Source: Eubacteriales bacterium
GTDB taxonomy: Bacteria > Bacillota > Clostridia > Christensenellales > UMGS416
DNA: 61,991 bases
Assembly (NCBI GenBank): GCA_028693155.1
Contig: JAQUVY010000001.1
Span: 1 to 61,991, forward strand
Reading direction: 5' to 3'
The notes under the pieces are model-generated. The model was not told the origin of the DNA, did not search any database, and was given only the letters and a program-made list of their open reading frames with translations. The position numbers were made by a program, and so were the translations under genes. Each line of letters opens with the position of its first letter. The first letter of the stretch is position 1. Of this stretch, positions 19,298 through 28,473 are shown in pieces.

Positions 19298-20236
19298 TCA
19301 GGGGCGCAGGGCAATGCTTCGGATAAACTCATATTCGATGGTCTCAAAATACCGGTTCCAGAAGCCCCGGGCATTGGGGTTTGCCGTGCCATGCGTCACC
19401 CAGTCGTACCCAATGCCTTGGGTGAGCAGGTCGTTTTCTAGGCAGGAAAGCAGCCCTTGGGCAGTCTGCGTGCCGCGGTACGCGGGCAGAACAAAGGCCT
19501 CGCCCACGTTGACGCCTTTTGCGTTGGGAAACGCGATGTCCAGGTTTTCCCCGTTGGCTTCGATCAGTCCGATCAGCGTATCCCCGTCCTGCGCCACATA
19601 GACGGTCGTATCCTCCTGGGTAAAAAAGTCCCGATACACCGCTTCGGTAAATTCGGTTCCCGGGTAAAAAACCGGGCTTTCACGCAGGTGGGCGATCAGC
19701 TGCGCCAGCAGCGCCCACACCTCCGCCCACCGTTCAAGCAGCTCGTCCTTGGGCATTGGGCGGATGACAAACGGGCCGGTGTACGCGCTTGTTTGAATGC
19801 GGCGCACGGTGGTCTCGCATACGATCCCGAATTGCAGGTAAGAAAAGAGCTCCTTGATCGGGGTGTCGTGGGCGTAAAGGTGTACGGAAAAGTCCACGGG
19901 TCTATCCTGTACGATCTCATCGGCCACCTGTTGGAAAAGGCGGCTCAGGGTTTTCTCCGGCGCAGCACCCGAGGCTCCGTAACCCCATACCGGAATGCGG
20001 CAGGCAATGCGGCCGTCCTCTTCCTGCGCGGTGTAAAGCACAAACCCGGTGCAGACGCCGTTTTCCAGCGCGGCGGCGCAGCGCATCTGAGCGGCTTGCG
20101 GGCGAAAAAACCGGTCAAAAGCAGCTGGATCCATCTTTTCCAGAGCGGGGTGCCGTGAAAGCTCGCGGCAATAGCCCTCGTAGGCCATCGACGTAATTTG
20201 GCGGGCATGAGGGGCAAAGGCAGGGGTAAAAGTCAT
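19298..20236 (-). CDS. GNAT-family N-acetyltransferase (two-lobed)
   Basis: The true start is ATG 20236 (MTFTPAF..., RBS aggagg); the rest of ORF 19298..20506 is upstream read-through. The C-terminal AFVLPAYRGTQTAQGLL is an acetyl-CoA motif A. Confidence 0.7.
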   Translation of the reverse strand: MTFTPAFAPHARQITSMAYEGYCRELSRHPALEKMDPAAFDRFFRPQAAQMRCAAALENGVCTGFVLYTAQEEDGRIACRIPVWGYGASGAAPEKTLSRLFQQVADEIVQDRPVDFSVHLYAHDTPIKELFSYLQFGIVCETTVRRIQTSAYTGPFVIRPMPKDELLERWAEVWALLAQLIAHLRESPVFYPGTEFTEAVYRDFFTQEDTTVYVAQDGDTLIGLIEANGENLDIAFPNAKGVNVGEAFVLPAYRGTQTAQGLLSCLENDLLTQGIGYDWVTHGTANPNARGFWNRYFETIEYEFIRSIALRP

Positions 20237-20286
20237 GTTAAGCTGTCCTCCTGATTCATGAAAAAGCAAGGCGCAAACCCGGCGCT

Positions 20287-20577
20287 TCAGCCGCCTTGGG
20301 CGGGATCCTTCATCGGGATAAATTTCGTCTGGTTCATCAGCGGGTGCACCAAAGAGAGGGCACCGGGGTTGGGGCAGGCCATCACGCAGCTGCCGCAGTA
20401 ATAGCATTCGCCCGGGTAGAACACCAGCGGGGGCGCGCCTTTTTGGGGGTTGGGCAGCATGACGTCCACCTGGCATACCTCCAGGCAGCGGTTGCAGCCT
20501 ACGCACTTGGTGGCGTCAAAGCGCAAAGGGCGGGCGCTGCAGGGAATGACCCGCGCTTCATATTCAGGCTTGCTCAT
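20287..20577 (-). CDS. Small 2x[4Fe-4S] ferredoxin-like protein (AprB-like partner)
   Basis: MSKPEYEARV ... CVGCNRCLEVCQ ... CYYCGSCVMACP. RBS gaggagg. Overlaps the upstream flavoprotein stop by 14 nt. Confidence 0.75.
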   Translation of the reverse strand: MSKPEYEARVIPCSARPLRFDATKCVGCNRCLEVCQVDVMLPNPQKGAPPLVFYPGECYYCGSCVMACPNPGALSLVHPLMNQTKFIPMKDPAQGG

Positions 20578-22522
20578 GGGCGACCTCCTCAAGGTAATCG
20601 GCGTTGTGCGCTTCGTATTGGCTCTTCAAGTCGCCGTAATAATCCAGCGGGCAGCTGCCGCTTACCATGCGGTCGCCTTCCTTTTTCAGGGTCAGGAAGC
20701 GCCGGTCGCCGGGGGGATCCACTTCGGCAGAATCCGAGCGGGCAAAGCAAAGAGCCGTGTTCCCCGCCCGGCGCAGCAGGCAGGCATTCAGGATCAGCTC
20801 ACACACGTCCAGCAGATCGAGCACCTCGTGGGTGCGCATCAGCTCGTGTGGGTTGGCGCAGGAAAGCTGCGGCACATAGTCCTCCCGATAGGTACGCAGC
20901 AGATCCAGCCCTTCGCGGAGAAATGCGTCGTTTTTTACCCCGCCGCAGTAGATCTGCATGGCCTTGGCCAGCGCCGCGTTCAGCTCCCGCCAGTCCATGC
21001 CTTCGCTGCGGAAAAGCGGTGCCAGCAGCCGTGCCTGCTCGGCGGCGGCCTCTTCTTCATCGCAGGCGGGCAGCGCCTCCAGCGAGGCCGCCCGAAGCGC
21101 GGCCTTGCGCCCGGCGTAGTAGCCCGTGGCAGCGGCGTGGCCGCAGCAGTCACCGGTAAAGAGCTGATCGCCGGCGGCGTAAATGCCGTCAATGTTGGTT
21201 TTCAAGTCCCAGTCGTTCATCAGGCCGCCCGGCGCGCCGAAAAGCTGCCGCTCCTGCTCCAGAAAGGAGGCCGACTGCCAGCCACTGCCGTAGCTTTGCA
21301 GCCGGTGTTTCTCCGGGTCAAAGCCCCGGTCGGTGAGTGCCTTGAGCACGGGAATCTTTGTTTTGCCCTCTTCGCCCACCATCAGCCCCCAGATGACCTT
21401 GCGCTCCATCTCGGGCATGCGGCTCAGGTCGGCATAAAAGGGGAGCTGATAGCCCTGCGCAAGCAGCGCTGCGGCGTCCATGGTTTCGGGGCCGCGCACT
21501 TCATAAGCCGCTTCGTCGATGGTGCCGCCCTTGAGGAAAAACTTTTGCCCGGGCGCCGGGCGGTAGCGCTCGTCCACCGTTTTGAGAACGCGTCCGTCCC
21601 GGTCAACATAAGGGATGTCCACGCCGCGGGCATCCACCATGGTGGCGGCGTACCAGGTGTTGTGATTATTGCCGGCGCTGTAGGGCGGAAAGCTGCGCCC
21701 GGCGGCGGAAAACTCGCCCCGCACCGACTTTTCCATCATCACGAATTCCAACCCGGCGCGGTAGCCCATGGCGTGGCCGCTGCCGATGCACTGCGTGGGG
21801 CGAAATTCGCTCAACCCCACCAGATCCGAGTGGAACAGCCATACTCTGGCCGGGCGGGACATGCAAAGAACGGTGGCCTTTGCCCGCAGAATCAGGAATT
21901 CGCCGGTGCGCGTGTTCATGGCCGCGGCACCCGCTCCGCAGGGCGCAGCGCCCGTGCGGTCCAGGAGCAAAGCCGTGGCCTCGGTGCGGTCCAATACGGT
22001 GACGCCCAGCCGGCGGCATTCCCGCGCCAGCGCAGGCTTAAAGGTGCTGCCCCATACGCGCAGGGTAAAGCGGTTGGTGTAGTCATAGGCAAAGAGAAAT
22101 TTGTTTTTTTCGTCGCGGAAGGCGGCTCCGGCGAAGTCGTCCTGCGTGTCCCGAATCTTCCCGCCGAAGGTTTCCATATCCAGCAGGCGGTCATAACCCT
22201 CCCGGCACTCGATGTAGTGAGAAATGCCGTTGAAGTAGCCGTCTTTATCGTCGATAAACGCCTGCGCGACCTCCTCGGGGGTCACGCGGGAGCAGGGGTT
22301 GGTGCAGGCCGATTCCCAGTGGTCAAAGCCGCTGCCGGCGGCACCGCTGCGTTCGGTGGCGCCTTTTTCTACCAAAATAACCCGCTGTCCCTTGCGCGCG
22401 GCGGCGATGGCCGTATAGCAGCCCGCCAGCCCTCCGCCCAGCACCAACACGTCGCATTCCATCCGGCGCGTTTCTCCCGCCCGGTTCTCATATGGCCATT
22501 TCACAACATAGATCCTCCGCAC
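20564..22522 (-). CDS. FAD-dependent oxidoreductase of the AprA / fumarate-reductase flavoprotein superfamily
   Basis: 652 aa. DVLVLGGGLAGCYTAIAAARKG ... VEKGATERSGAAGSG. Start is either GTG 22522 or ATG 22462. Confidence 0.8.
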   Translation of the reverse strand: MRRIYVVKWPYENRAGETRRMECDVLVLGGGLAGCYTAIAAARKGQRVILVEKGATERSGAAGSGFDHWESACTNPCSRVTPEEVAQAFIDDKDGYFNGISHYIECREGYDRLLDMETFGGKIRDTQDDFAGAAFRDEKNKFLFAYDYTNRFTLRVWGSTFKPALARECRRLGVTVLDRTEATALLLDRTGAAPCGAGAAAMNTRTGEFLILRAKATVLCMSRPARVWLFHSDLVGLSEFRPTQCIGSGHAMGYRAGLEFVMMEKSVRGEFSAAGRSFPPYSAGNNHNTWYAATMVDARGVDIPYVDRDGRVLKTVDERYRPAPGQKFFLKGGTIDEAAYEVRGPETMDAAALLAQGYQLPFYADLSRMPEMERKVIWGLMVGEEGKTKIPVLKALTDRGFDPEKHRLQSYGSGWQSASFLEQERQLFGAPGGLMNDWDLKTNIDGIYAAGDQLFTGDCCGHAAATGYYAGRKAALRAASLEALPACDEEEAAAEQARLLAPLFRSEGMDWRELNAALAKAMQIYCGGVKNDAFLREGLDLLRTYREDYVPQLSCANPHELMRTHEVLDLLDVCELILNACLLRRAGNTALCFARSDSAEVDPPGDRRFLTLKKEGDRMVSGSCPLDYYGDLKSQYEAHNADYLEEVAHEQA

Positions 22523-22642
22523 TTGGCAATTAAATCATATAATTATAGCATATTGCCCCCGTTTTGCCAGCAGATAAGCGCTTTTTCCTTGTTTAGGGGA
22601 AAAAGGTGTGCTATCATACTTTTGTTGGGGGGACGGGGAGAT

Positions 22643-23905
22643 ATGAGAAAATGGTTGGGCCGCGTGCGGCCGGAGATGCTGCTGTTTTTTATCGTGCTTG
22701 CCGCGGTCAGCTTGGGCTTAGGCTTGAGCGACAGCGTGTATGCCAACTACTTTAAGGATGCCTACAATGTGACGGCGGTGCAGCGGGGTTATATTGAGTT
22801 CCCGCGGGAGCTGCCCGGGCTGCTTTGCGCGCTGGTCATTGCGGGGCTGTCCTTCCTGGGCGATTTCCGCACCGCGGTGATCGCACAGATCCTCAGCATC
22901 GTTGGGCTGCTGGCGCTGGGCTTGCTGACGCCTCCCTTTGCCGTCATGCTAATTTTTCTCTTTATCAATTCCATGGGCATGCATATGTTTATGCCCCTGC
23001 AGGACGCCATTGGCATGGAGCTGGCCGAGCCGGATATGGTGGGTAAACGGATGGGCCAGTACAGCAGCCTAAAATCGGCGTGCGGCTTTGTGGCTGCGGT
23101 AGCCGTGTTTTTCGGCTTTCGCACGGGCTTTTTTTCCTTCACTGCGCCGGTCAAGCTGATCTTCCTCATCGGAGCGGGCGCGTTTATCGTGGCGCTGACG
23201 GCCATGCTCATCCTCACAAAAAAGGTGAAGCTCCCGCAGCGCAAGCCGGAAAAAATTAAGCTGGTGTTTCGCAAGGAATATAAGTATTACTATTTGCTCA
23301 CCGTGCTGCACGGCGTGCAAAAGCAGATCGCCTTTGTTTACGGCAGCTGGGTCATCATTGACCTGCTGATGAAAAAAGCGGATACGACCGCCATCCTCAC
23401 CATCGTGTGCAGCTTTATCGGCATTTTCTTCTTAAATGCGCTGGGCAAGTGGATGGATCGGTTTGGCATCAAAAAGATGATGTTTGTGGATGCGCTGACC
23501 TTTATCGGCGTATATATCCTTTACGGACTGGTGGTATTGGGCATCAACAACGGCACGCTGCCCAGCACGGGCTGGCCGGTGTTCGCCATTTATACGCTCT
23601 TTGTGCTGGATCGTATGTCCATGCAGATCGGCATGGTCAAGTCCATTTATCTGCGCTCCATCGCGCTGGAGCCCGGTGAGGTTACGGCTACGCTGTCCAT
23701 GGGCACCAGTCTGGATCATGTGGTGTCCATTCTTGCGGCTATAGCCGGGGGCTTTGTGTGGGCCAACTGGGGCAGCCATTGGGTGTTTTTCATGGCCGCG
23801 GCTTTTTCGCTGGGCAACCTGGTGATCGCCTTCCTGGTTAAGCCGGAAAAGGAACGTCTGCGCGCGCTGGAATACCGAAAAGCGCATGGCATCGAAATGA
23901 ATTAG
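22643..23905 (+). CDS. MFS-type transporter
   Basis: Real start is ATG 22643 (MRKWLGRVRPEMLLFFIV..., RBS ggggag). About 12 hydrophobic segments. It is the 3' part of the artefactual 1151-aa ORF 20450..23905. Confidence 0.8.
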   Translation: MRKWLGRVRPEMLLFFIVLAAVSLGLGLSDSVYANYFKDAYNVTAVQRGYIEFPRELPGLLCALVIAGLSFLGDFRTAVIAQILSIVGLLALGLLTPPFAVMLIFLFINSMGMHMFMPLQDAIGMELAEPDMVGKRMGQYSSLKSACGFVAAVAVFFGFRTGFFSFTAPVKLIFLIGAGAFIVALTAMLILTKKVKLPQRKPEKIKLVFRKEYKYYYLLTVLHGVQKQIAFVYGSWVIIDLLMKKADTTAILTIVCSFIGIFFLNALGKWMDRFGIKKMMFVDALTFIGVYILYGLVVLGINNGTLPSTGWPVFAIYTLFVLDRMSMQIGMVKSIYLRSIALEPGEVTATLSMGTSLDHVVSILAAIAGGFVWANWGSHWVFFMAAAFSLGNLVIAFLVKPEKERLRALEYRKAHGIEMN

Positions 23906-23936
23906 GCCGGCCGTTGTCCGGTAGGAGGAGAGAGAC

Positions 23937-24854
23937 GTGAAGAAGGGAAAATTACAGTGGCTGTTGGCAGTGGTGCTGGCGGCAATTTTGGTGATGACGC
24001 TGGCGGGCGTCTCGTTGGCCGACGCGGGAGGCTTTTCCGGCTCCAGCGATTACGGCGGCGGTTCCAGCGATTGGGGCTCCAGCTCCAGCGACTGGGGCAG
24101 CAGTTCCAGCGATTGGGGCAGTGACTACGACAGCGACAGCGATGGCGGAGGCGGTGGTCTGATCGCCATTGTTGTCATGGTGCTCATGGTGGCGGTTTTC
24201 ATCTTCAACAGCCGTAAAAAGGGCGCAAAGCCCTCCGCGGCGTCGCAGCCTGCGGGAGCAAGGGTGGTGGAGATGACAGGGGACTTCCTCAAGCCCCTGC
24301 GCGAAGCCGATCCCAACTTCTCTGCGGAGGCGCAGCAGGAGCGCGTGGGCAATATGTATGTGCAAATGCAGAACGCCTGGCAGGAGAAGCAGTGGGAGCC
24401 CATCCGTATGCTGATGACCGACACGCTTTTCAACCAGTTTAACCGCCAGCTGAACGAGTTGATCCGTTTGAAGCAGACCAACCATGTGGAGCGCATCGCC
24501 GTGCTGGAGAGCCGCATCGTGGGCTACAACCAGGACGACACCAACGATGTGCTGCGTATACTGCTGAAAACCCGTATCGTGGATTACTACACCGATGACA
24601 GCACGGGCAAAGTGCTGCGCGGTGATCCCAATAAGGAACTGTTTATGACCTACGAATGGACGCTGATCCGCCGCAAAGGGGTAAAGACCCAGGGTACGGC
24701 GCAGCGCTCTTACCAGCATTGCCCGGCCTGCGGTGCTCCCATGAACATCAACCAGTCGGGTAAGTGCGAATATTGCGGCGGCATCGTCAGCAGCGGCGAG
24801 TACGACTGGGTGATTTCCGCCATTCGCGGCGTATCGCAGCAAAGCGGACGCTGA
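23937..24854 (+). CDS. Membrane-anchored Tim44-like domain protein with a C-terminal zinc ribbon
   Basis: GTG start after ggaggag. Signal peptide/TM, GSSSSDW repeats, a second TM, a Tim44-like region (MYVQMQNAWQEKQWEPIRMLMTDTLF...), then CPACG...CEYCGG. Confidence 0.65.
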   Translation: MKKGKLQWLLAVVLAAILVMTLAGVSLADAGGFSGSSDYGGGSSDWGSSSSDWGSSSSDWGSDYDSDSDGGGGGLIAIVVMVLMVAVFIFNSRKKGAKPSAASQPAGARVVEMTGDFLKPLREADPNFSAEAQQERVGNMYVQMQNAWQEKQWEPIRMLMTDTLFNQFNRQLNELIRLKQTNHVERIAVLESRIVGYNQDDTNDVLRILLKTRIVDYYTDDSTGKVLRGDPNKELFMTYEWTLIRRKGVKTQGTAQRSYQHCPACGAPMNINQSGKCEYCGGIVSSGEYDWVISAIRGVSQQSGR

Positions 24855-24869
24855 CGAACACAAAAATGT

Positions 24870-25163
24870 ATGGCGCGGGGGCGGGTGCTGAGCGTCCGAC
24901 CCCCGTTTTCCAATTTTAGGAGGTGCTGCATTATTAATAAATTCAAGTTCGTTGCCGGAGTGGCCGCCCTGTGGGTCATGAGTCCCATCACGGCCCTTGC
25001 GGACGGCGCGCAGGCAACAGCCGCGCCAACGGCGGTCACTCCCCCTTCCCCCGGAACAGCATATATCTATGTTGCGATCACTTGCCTGGTGCTGGCGCTT
25101 GTGCTGATCGTGTATCGCGCCCGGCGCAGAATGAAGCAAAACCAGGAACAAAACAAAAAATGA
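24870..25163 (+). CDS. Small secreted or membrane-anchored protein (start uncertain)
   Basis: Signal-like FKFVAGVAALWVMSPITALA and a C-terminal TM AYIYVAITCLVLALVLIVY followed by RARRR. ATG 24870 lacks an RBS. A strong aggagg at 24918-24923 precedes in-frame ATT codons. Confidence 0.35.
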   Translation: MARGRVLSVRPPFSNFRRCCIINKFKFVAGVAALWVMSPITALADGAQATAAPTAVTPPSPGTAYIYVAITCLVLALVLIVYRARRRMKQNQEQNKK

Positions 25164-25200
25164 TTCGGGAGCGTTTGCTCCCGAGACAAGGAGCAAAACG

Positions 25201-25740
25201 ATGGAACAACTGACAACCCAACGGCTGGTCATTCGCCGCTTTACCGCAGACGACTGGCAGGATCTGTATGACTATCTTTCCAAACCCGAAGTGGTGAAAT
25301 ATGAACCCTACGAGCCCATGACCCTGGAAGAGTGCAAGGAGCAGGCCGTATGGCGGGCAGGGCAGGAGTCCTTCTGGGCGGTTTGCCTGAAGGACACGGG
25401 CAAGGTCATCGGCAACTTGTACTTTCAGCGCCAGGAACCCGAGCATTGGCGCACCTGGGAGCTGGGGTATGTATTCAACGATGATTTCTGGGGGCATGGT
25501 TATGCCACCGAAGCCGCGCAGGCGCTGGTGGAGTACGCCTTCACGCACTGGAGAATGCACCGGCTTATCGCCATGTGCAACCCGGACAACGCCGCCTCCT
25601 GGAAGCTGATGGAACGCTTGGGGATGCGCCGGGAATGCCACAAGCTGCTGGCAACCTCGTTTAAGGACGATGAAAACGGTGAACCCATCTGGCACGACGG
25701 CTACGAGTACGCTATCCTGGACACGGAATGGAAGCATTGA
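25201..25740 (+). CDS. GNAT-family N-acetyltransferase (RimJ/RimL-like)
   Basis: 179 aa. TQRLVIRRFTADDWQDLYDYLSKPEVVKYEPYEP ... WGHGYATEAAQALVEYAF. Confidence 0.85.
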   Translation: MEQLTTQRLVIRRFTADDWQDLYDYLSKPEVVKYEPYEPMTLEECKEQAVWRAGQESFWAVCLKDTGKVIGNLYFQRQEPEHWRTWELGYVFNDDFWGHGYATEAAQALVEYAFTHWRMHRLIAMCNPDNAASWKLMERLGMRRECHKLLATSFKDDENGEPIWHDGYEYAILDTEWKH

Positions 25741-25754
25741 TCGGACGGTAAAGT

Positions 25755-26948
25755 ATGGACGCCATGTTGAAGTTGTTTATCAAGGACTATCAAAACGTGA
25801 AAGATCCCGCGGTGCGCCAACGCTACGGCAATTTCGGCAGCACGGTGGGTATTGTGACAAACGTGCTGCTGTGCGCCGGGAAGCTGGCGGTAGGGCTGTT
25901 GTTTCACAGCGTGTCGGTGACGGCTGACGCAGTGAACAACCTGTCCGACGCAGGCTCTTCGGTCATTTCTTTGGTGAGCTTTAAGATGGCAAACCGCCCG
26001 GCTGACGCCAAACACCCCTTCGGCCATGCGCGTATTGAGTACATCGCGGCGCTGATCGTGGCGTTCCTCATCGTCATTCTGGGAATTGAGCTGATCAAAA
26101 GCTCCATCACCAAGATCATCACCCCCGACGAGATCGCGTTCAGCGTGATGACGGTGGTGGTGCTGGTGCTGTCCATCGCGGCAAAGCTGGGTCTATACCT
26201 CATGAACAAAAAGCTGGGGAAACGCATCGATTCCAGCGTGATGCAGGCCACGGCAACCGACAGCCTGTCCGACGTGCTGGCCACGTCGGGCGTGCTGCTG
26301 TCCACCCTGCTCAGCCCGGTCTTCCACTTTTCGTTGGATGGCTATATGGGCGCGGTGGTCGCGGTGTTCATCATCATCTCCGGCTTTCGCATTGCCGTGG
26401 ATACGATGGATCACCTCGTGGGGCAGGCGCCCTCGGAGGAGTTGATCCACGACATCAGCGCTTATGTGCTGAAATACGAGGGCGTGATCGGAATACACGA
26501 CCTGATGATCCACAACTATGGGCCCAACCGCTGCTTTGCCTCGGTGCATGCGGAGGTGGAGGCCGATCGGGACATCATGGTCAGTCATGACATCATGGAT
26601 AACATTGAGCGGGACATCGCCGCCGATTTGGGCATCCACCTGGTCATTCATTTGGACCCGGTGGATACGGAAAACGAGGAGGTCAACGCGCTGCGCCGGC
26701 AGGTGGCCGCGCTGGTGCGCGGCATCGACGGCGCGCTGAGCATGCACGACTTCCGCACCGTCAGCGGCCTGACCCACCGAAACCTGATTTTTGATGTGCA
26801 GGTGCCCTATACCTGCGCAAAGAGCGATCAGCAGATCCTGGAGGAGCTCCACCGGGGCATTAAGGCCATGAGTGCCGACTATTTCGCGGTGGTCACCCTG
26901 GATCGCACCTATGCGGCGCTGCCGCAGGGCCGGGTGAACAAGAGTTGA
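25755..26948 (+). CDS. Cation diffusion facilitator (CDF) family metal efflux transporter
   Basis: 397 aa. SVTADAVNNLSDAGSS and ATDSLSDVLATSG metal-site helices, plus a C-terminal cytoplasmic domain. Confidence 0.9.
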   Translation: MDAMLKLFIKDYQNVKDPAVRQRYGNFGSTVGIVTNVLLCAGKLAVGLLFHSVSVTADAVNNLSDAGSSVISLVSFKMANRPADAKHPFGHARIEYIAALIVAFLIVILGIELIKSSITKIITPDEIAFSVMTVVVLVLSIAAKLGLYLMNKKLGKRIDSSVMQATATDSLSDVLATSGVLLSTLLSPVFHFSLDGYMGAVVAVFIIISGFRIAVDTMDHLVGQAPSEELIHDISAYVLKYEGVIGIHDLMIHNYGPNRCFASVHAEVEADRDIMVSHDIMDNIERDIAADLGIHLVIHLDPVDTENEEVNALRRQVAALVRGIDGALSMHDFRTVSGLTHRNLIFDVQVPYTCAKSDQQILEELHRGIKAMSADYFAVVTLDRTYAALPQGRVNKS

Positions 26949-28039
26949 CCCGGGAATGGAAAGACTTGGCCGCGCTGGCGCAGTTGCTGCCGGCGTGGTA
27001 TGATGAACAGGCGAGGGATCTGCCTTGGCGGGTGGATCCCAACCCTTATTCTGTTTGGATTTCGGAAATTATGCTGCAGCAGACCCGGGTGGAGGCGGTG
27101 ATCCCGTACTATATCCGCTTTCTGCGGCGGCTTCCTGATATCGCCGCGCTGGCACAGATACCAGACGACGAACTGATGAAACTTTGGCAGGGGTTGGGAT
27201 ATTACAGCCGTGCCCGCAACCTGAAACGCGCGGCACAGATCATTTGCAGGGATCATTTCGGAGAATTTCCCGGAGAATATGACGCCATCCGCGCGCTGCC
27301 GGGCATCGGCGACTACACGGCGGGCGCCGTCGCATCCATTGCCTTTGGGCAAACAAGAGCGGCGGTGGACGGCAACGCATTGCGCGTTTTTTCTCGATTG
27401 TTGGCAGACGGGCAGGACATTTCCGCTCCCGCGGCGAAAAAGCTGTACGCGCGCGGCATCGCCGAAGTGATGAATCCTGACCGGCCGGGTGATTTTAACC
27501 AGGCCGTCATGGATATTGGCGCCACGGTGTGCCTGCCAAACGGTGCGCCGCGCTGCGGGCAGTGCCCGATGAACGGCCTGTGCCGGGCGTATGCGCTGGG
27601 TATTCAGGCAGACTTGCCGGTAAAGGCGGCCAAAAAGCCCCGCCGGCAGGAGGAGCTCACCGTGTTTTTGCTGCGCGGCAGCGCAGGAGAGGTGCTGCTG
27701 CGGCGCAGGGGCAGCAGTGGGCTGCTGGCGGGGCTGTGGGAGTTTCCCCATGTGCCCGGCCTGCTGGACGCAAAGCAGGCTGAGCGAGAATTGACCCGAT
27801 GGGGTCTTAAGGCGCACAAGTTGATCCAACTGCCGCAGCAGCGGCATGTTTTTACCCACATTCAGTGGGAAATGGCAGGGGTGGAAGGGCGTGTCTGCAC
27901 GCAGACACCTTTGCCCGAGGGCTGGCTTTGGTGCAGCCCTCAAGAGCTGGCGCAAGAGCGGCCCATCGCTTCGGCATTTGGGTTTTACGCGCGGCGCGCA
28001 ACGCAGGATCAGGAGGAAATATGTCAAAAGAAAGCTTAG
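26945..28039 (+). CDS. mutY: A/G-specific adenine DNA glycosylase
   Basis: 364 aa. WYDEQARDLPWR ... PYSVWISEIMLQQTRVEAVIPYY ... GIGDYTAGAVASIAF, a 4Cys cluster CLPNGAPRCGQCPMNGLC, and a NUDIX-like C-terminus. TTG start overlaps the CDF stop. Confidence 0.9.
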   Translation: MTREWKDLAALAQLLPAWYDEQARDLPWRVDPNPYSVWISEIMLQQTRVEAVIPYYIRFLRRLPDIAALAQIPDDELMKLWQGLGYYSRARNLKRAAQIICRDHFGEFPGEYDAIRALPGIGDYTAGAVASIAFGQTRAAVDGNALRVFSRLLADGQDISAPAAKKLYARGIAEVMNPDRPGDFNQAVMDIGATVCLPNGAPRCGQCPMNGLCRAYALGIQADLPVKAAKKPRRQEELTVFLLRGSAGEVLLRRRGSSGLLAGLWEFPHVPGLLDAKQAERELTRWGLKAHKLIQLPQQRHVFTHIQWEMAGVEGRVCTQTPLPEGWLWCSPQELAQERPIASAFGFYARRATQDQEEICQKKA

Positions 28040-28473
28040 TTAGTTCGTTTGTTGCCACCGCCGGGATGCACCGGCGCCGCGCGCGGGCGCATTTTGCCGA
28101 GGTGGATATTTCCCCCGGGCAGCCGCGCATTTTGGAGTATCTGGAGTTTCACGACGGGTGCATTCAGCGAGAGCTGGCCACCCAGTGCCATCTGGAGCCG
28201 GCCTCCATTACCAGCGTGCTGTGCACCATGGAGAGCAAGGGCTATATCCGGCGCGTGGGCGTGCCGGGCGATAAGCGCGCGCAGCAGGTGTGGCTGACCC
28301 CCAGCGGCTGGGAGCAGGTAAAGTGCTGCACGGAGGTGTACCACCAGCTGAGCCAGGAGTGCTACGCGGGCTTTACCGATGAGGAAAAGCAGACGCTCAA
28401 AGACCTGCTGGATCGGGTGCGGGCCAATATGCAGCGGGCGGAGCGCGACGAAGAGGAGCACCGAGGCGAATGA
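28021..28473 (+). CDS. MarR-family transcriptional regulator
   Basis: ATG 28021 after aggagg. ISPGQPRILEYLEFHDGCIQRELATQCHLEPASITSVLCTMESKGYIRR winged helix. Overlaps the mutY 3' end by 19 nt. Confidence 0.85.
   Translation: MSKESLVSSFVATAGMHRRRARAHFAEVDISPGQPRILEYLEFHDGCIQRELATQCHLEPASITSVLCTMESKGYIRRVGVPGDKRAQQVWLTPSGWEQVKCCTEVYHQLSQECYAGFTDEEKQTLKDLLDRVRANMQRAERDEEEHRGE

Noticed and set aside
20450-23905. 1151-aa plus-strand ORF, the longest in the window
   Set aside because: Its first two-thirds or so is antisense to the AprA-like gene and translates to Arg/Gly/Ala/His-rich low-information sequence. Only the last 420 codons, from ATG 22643 with an RBS, form a transporter-like protein. 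This is a shadow ORF caused by high GC.
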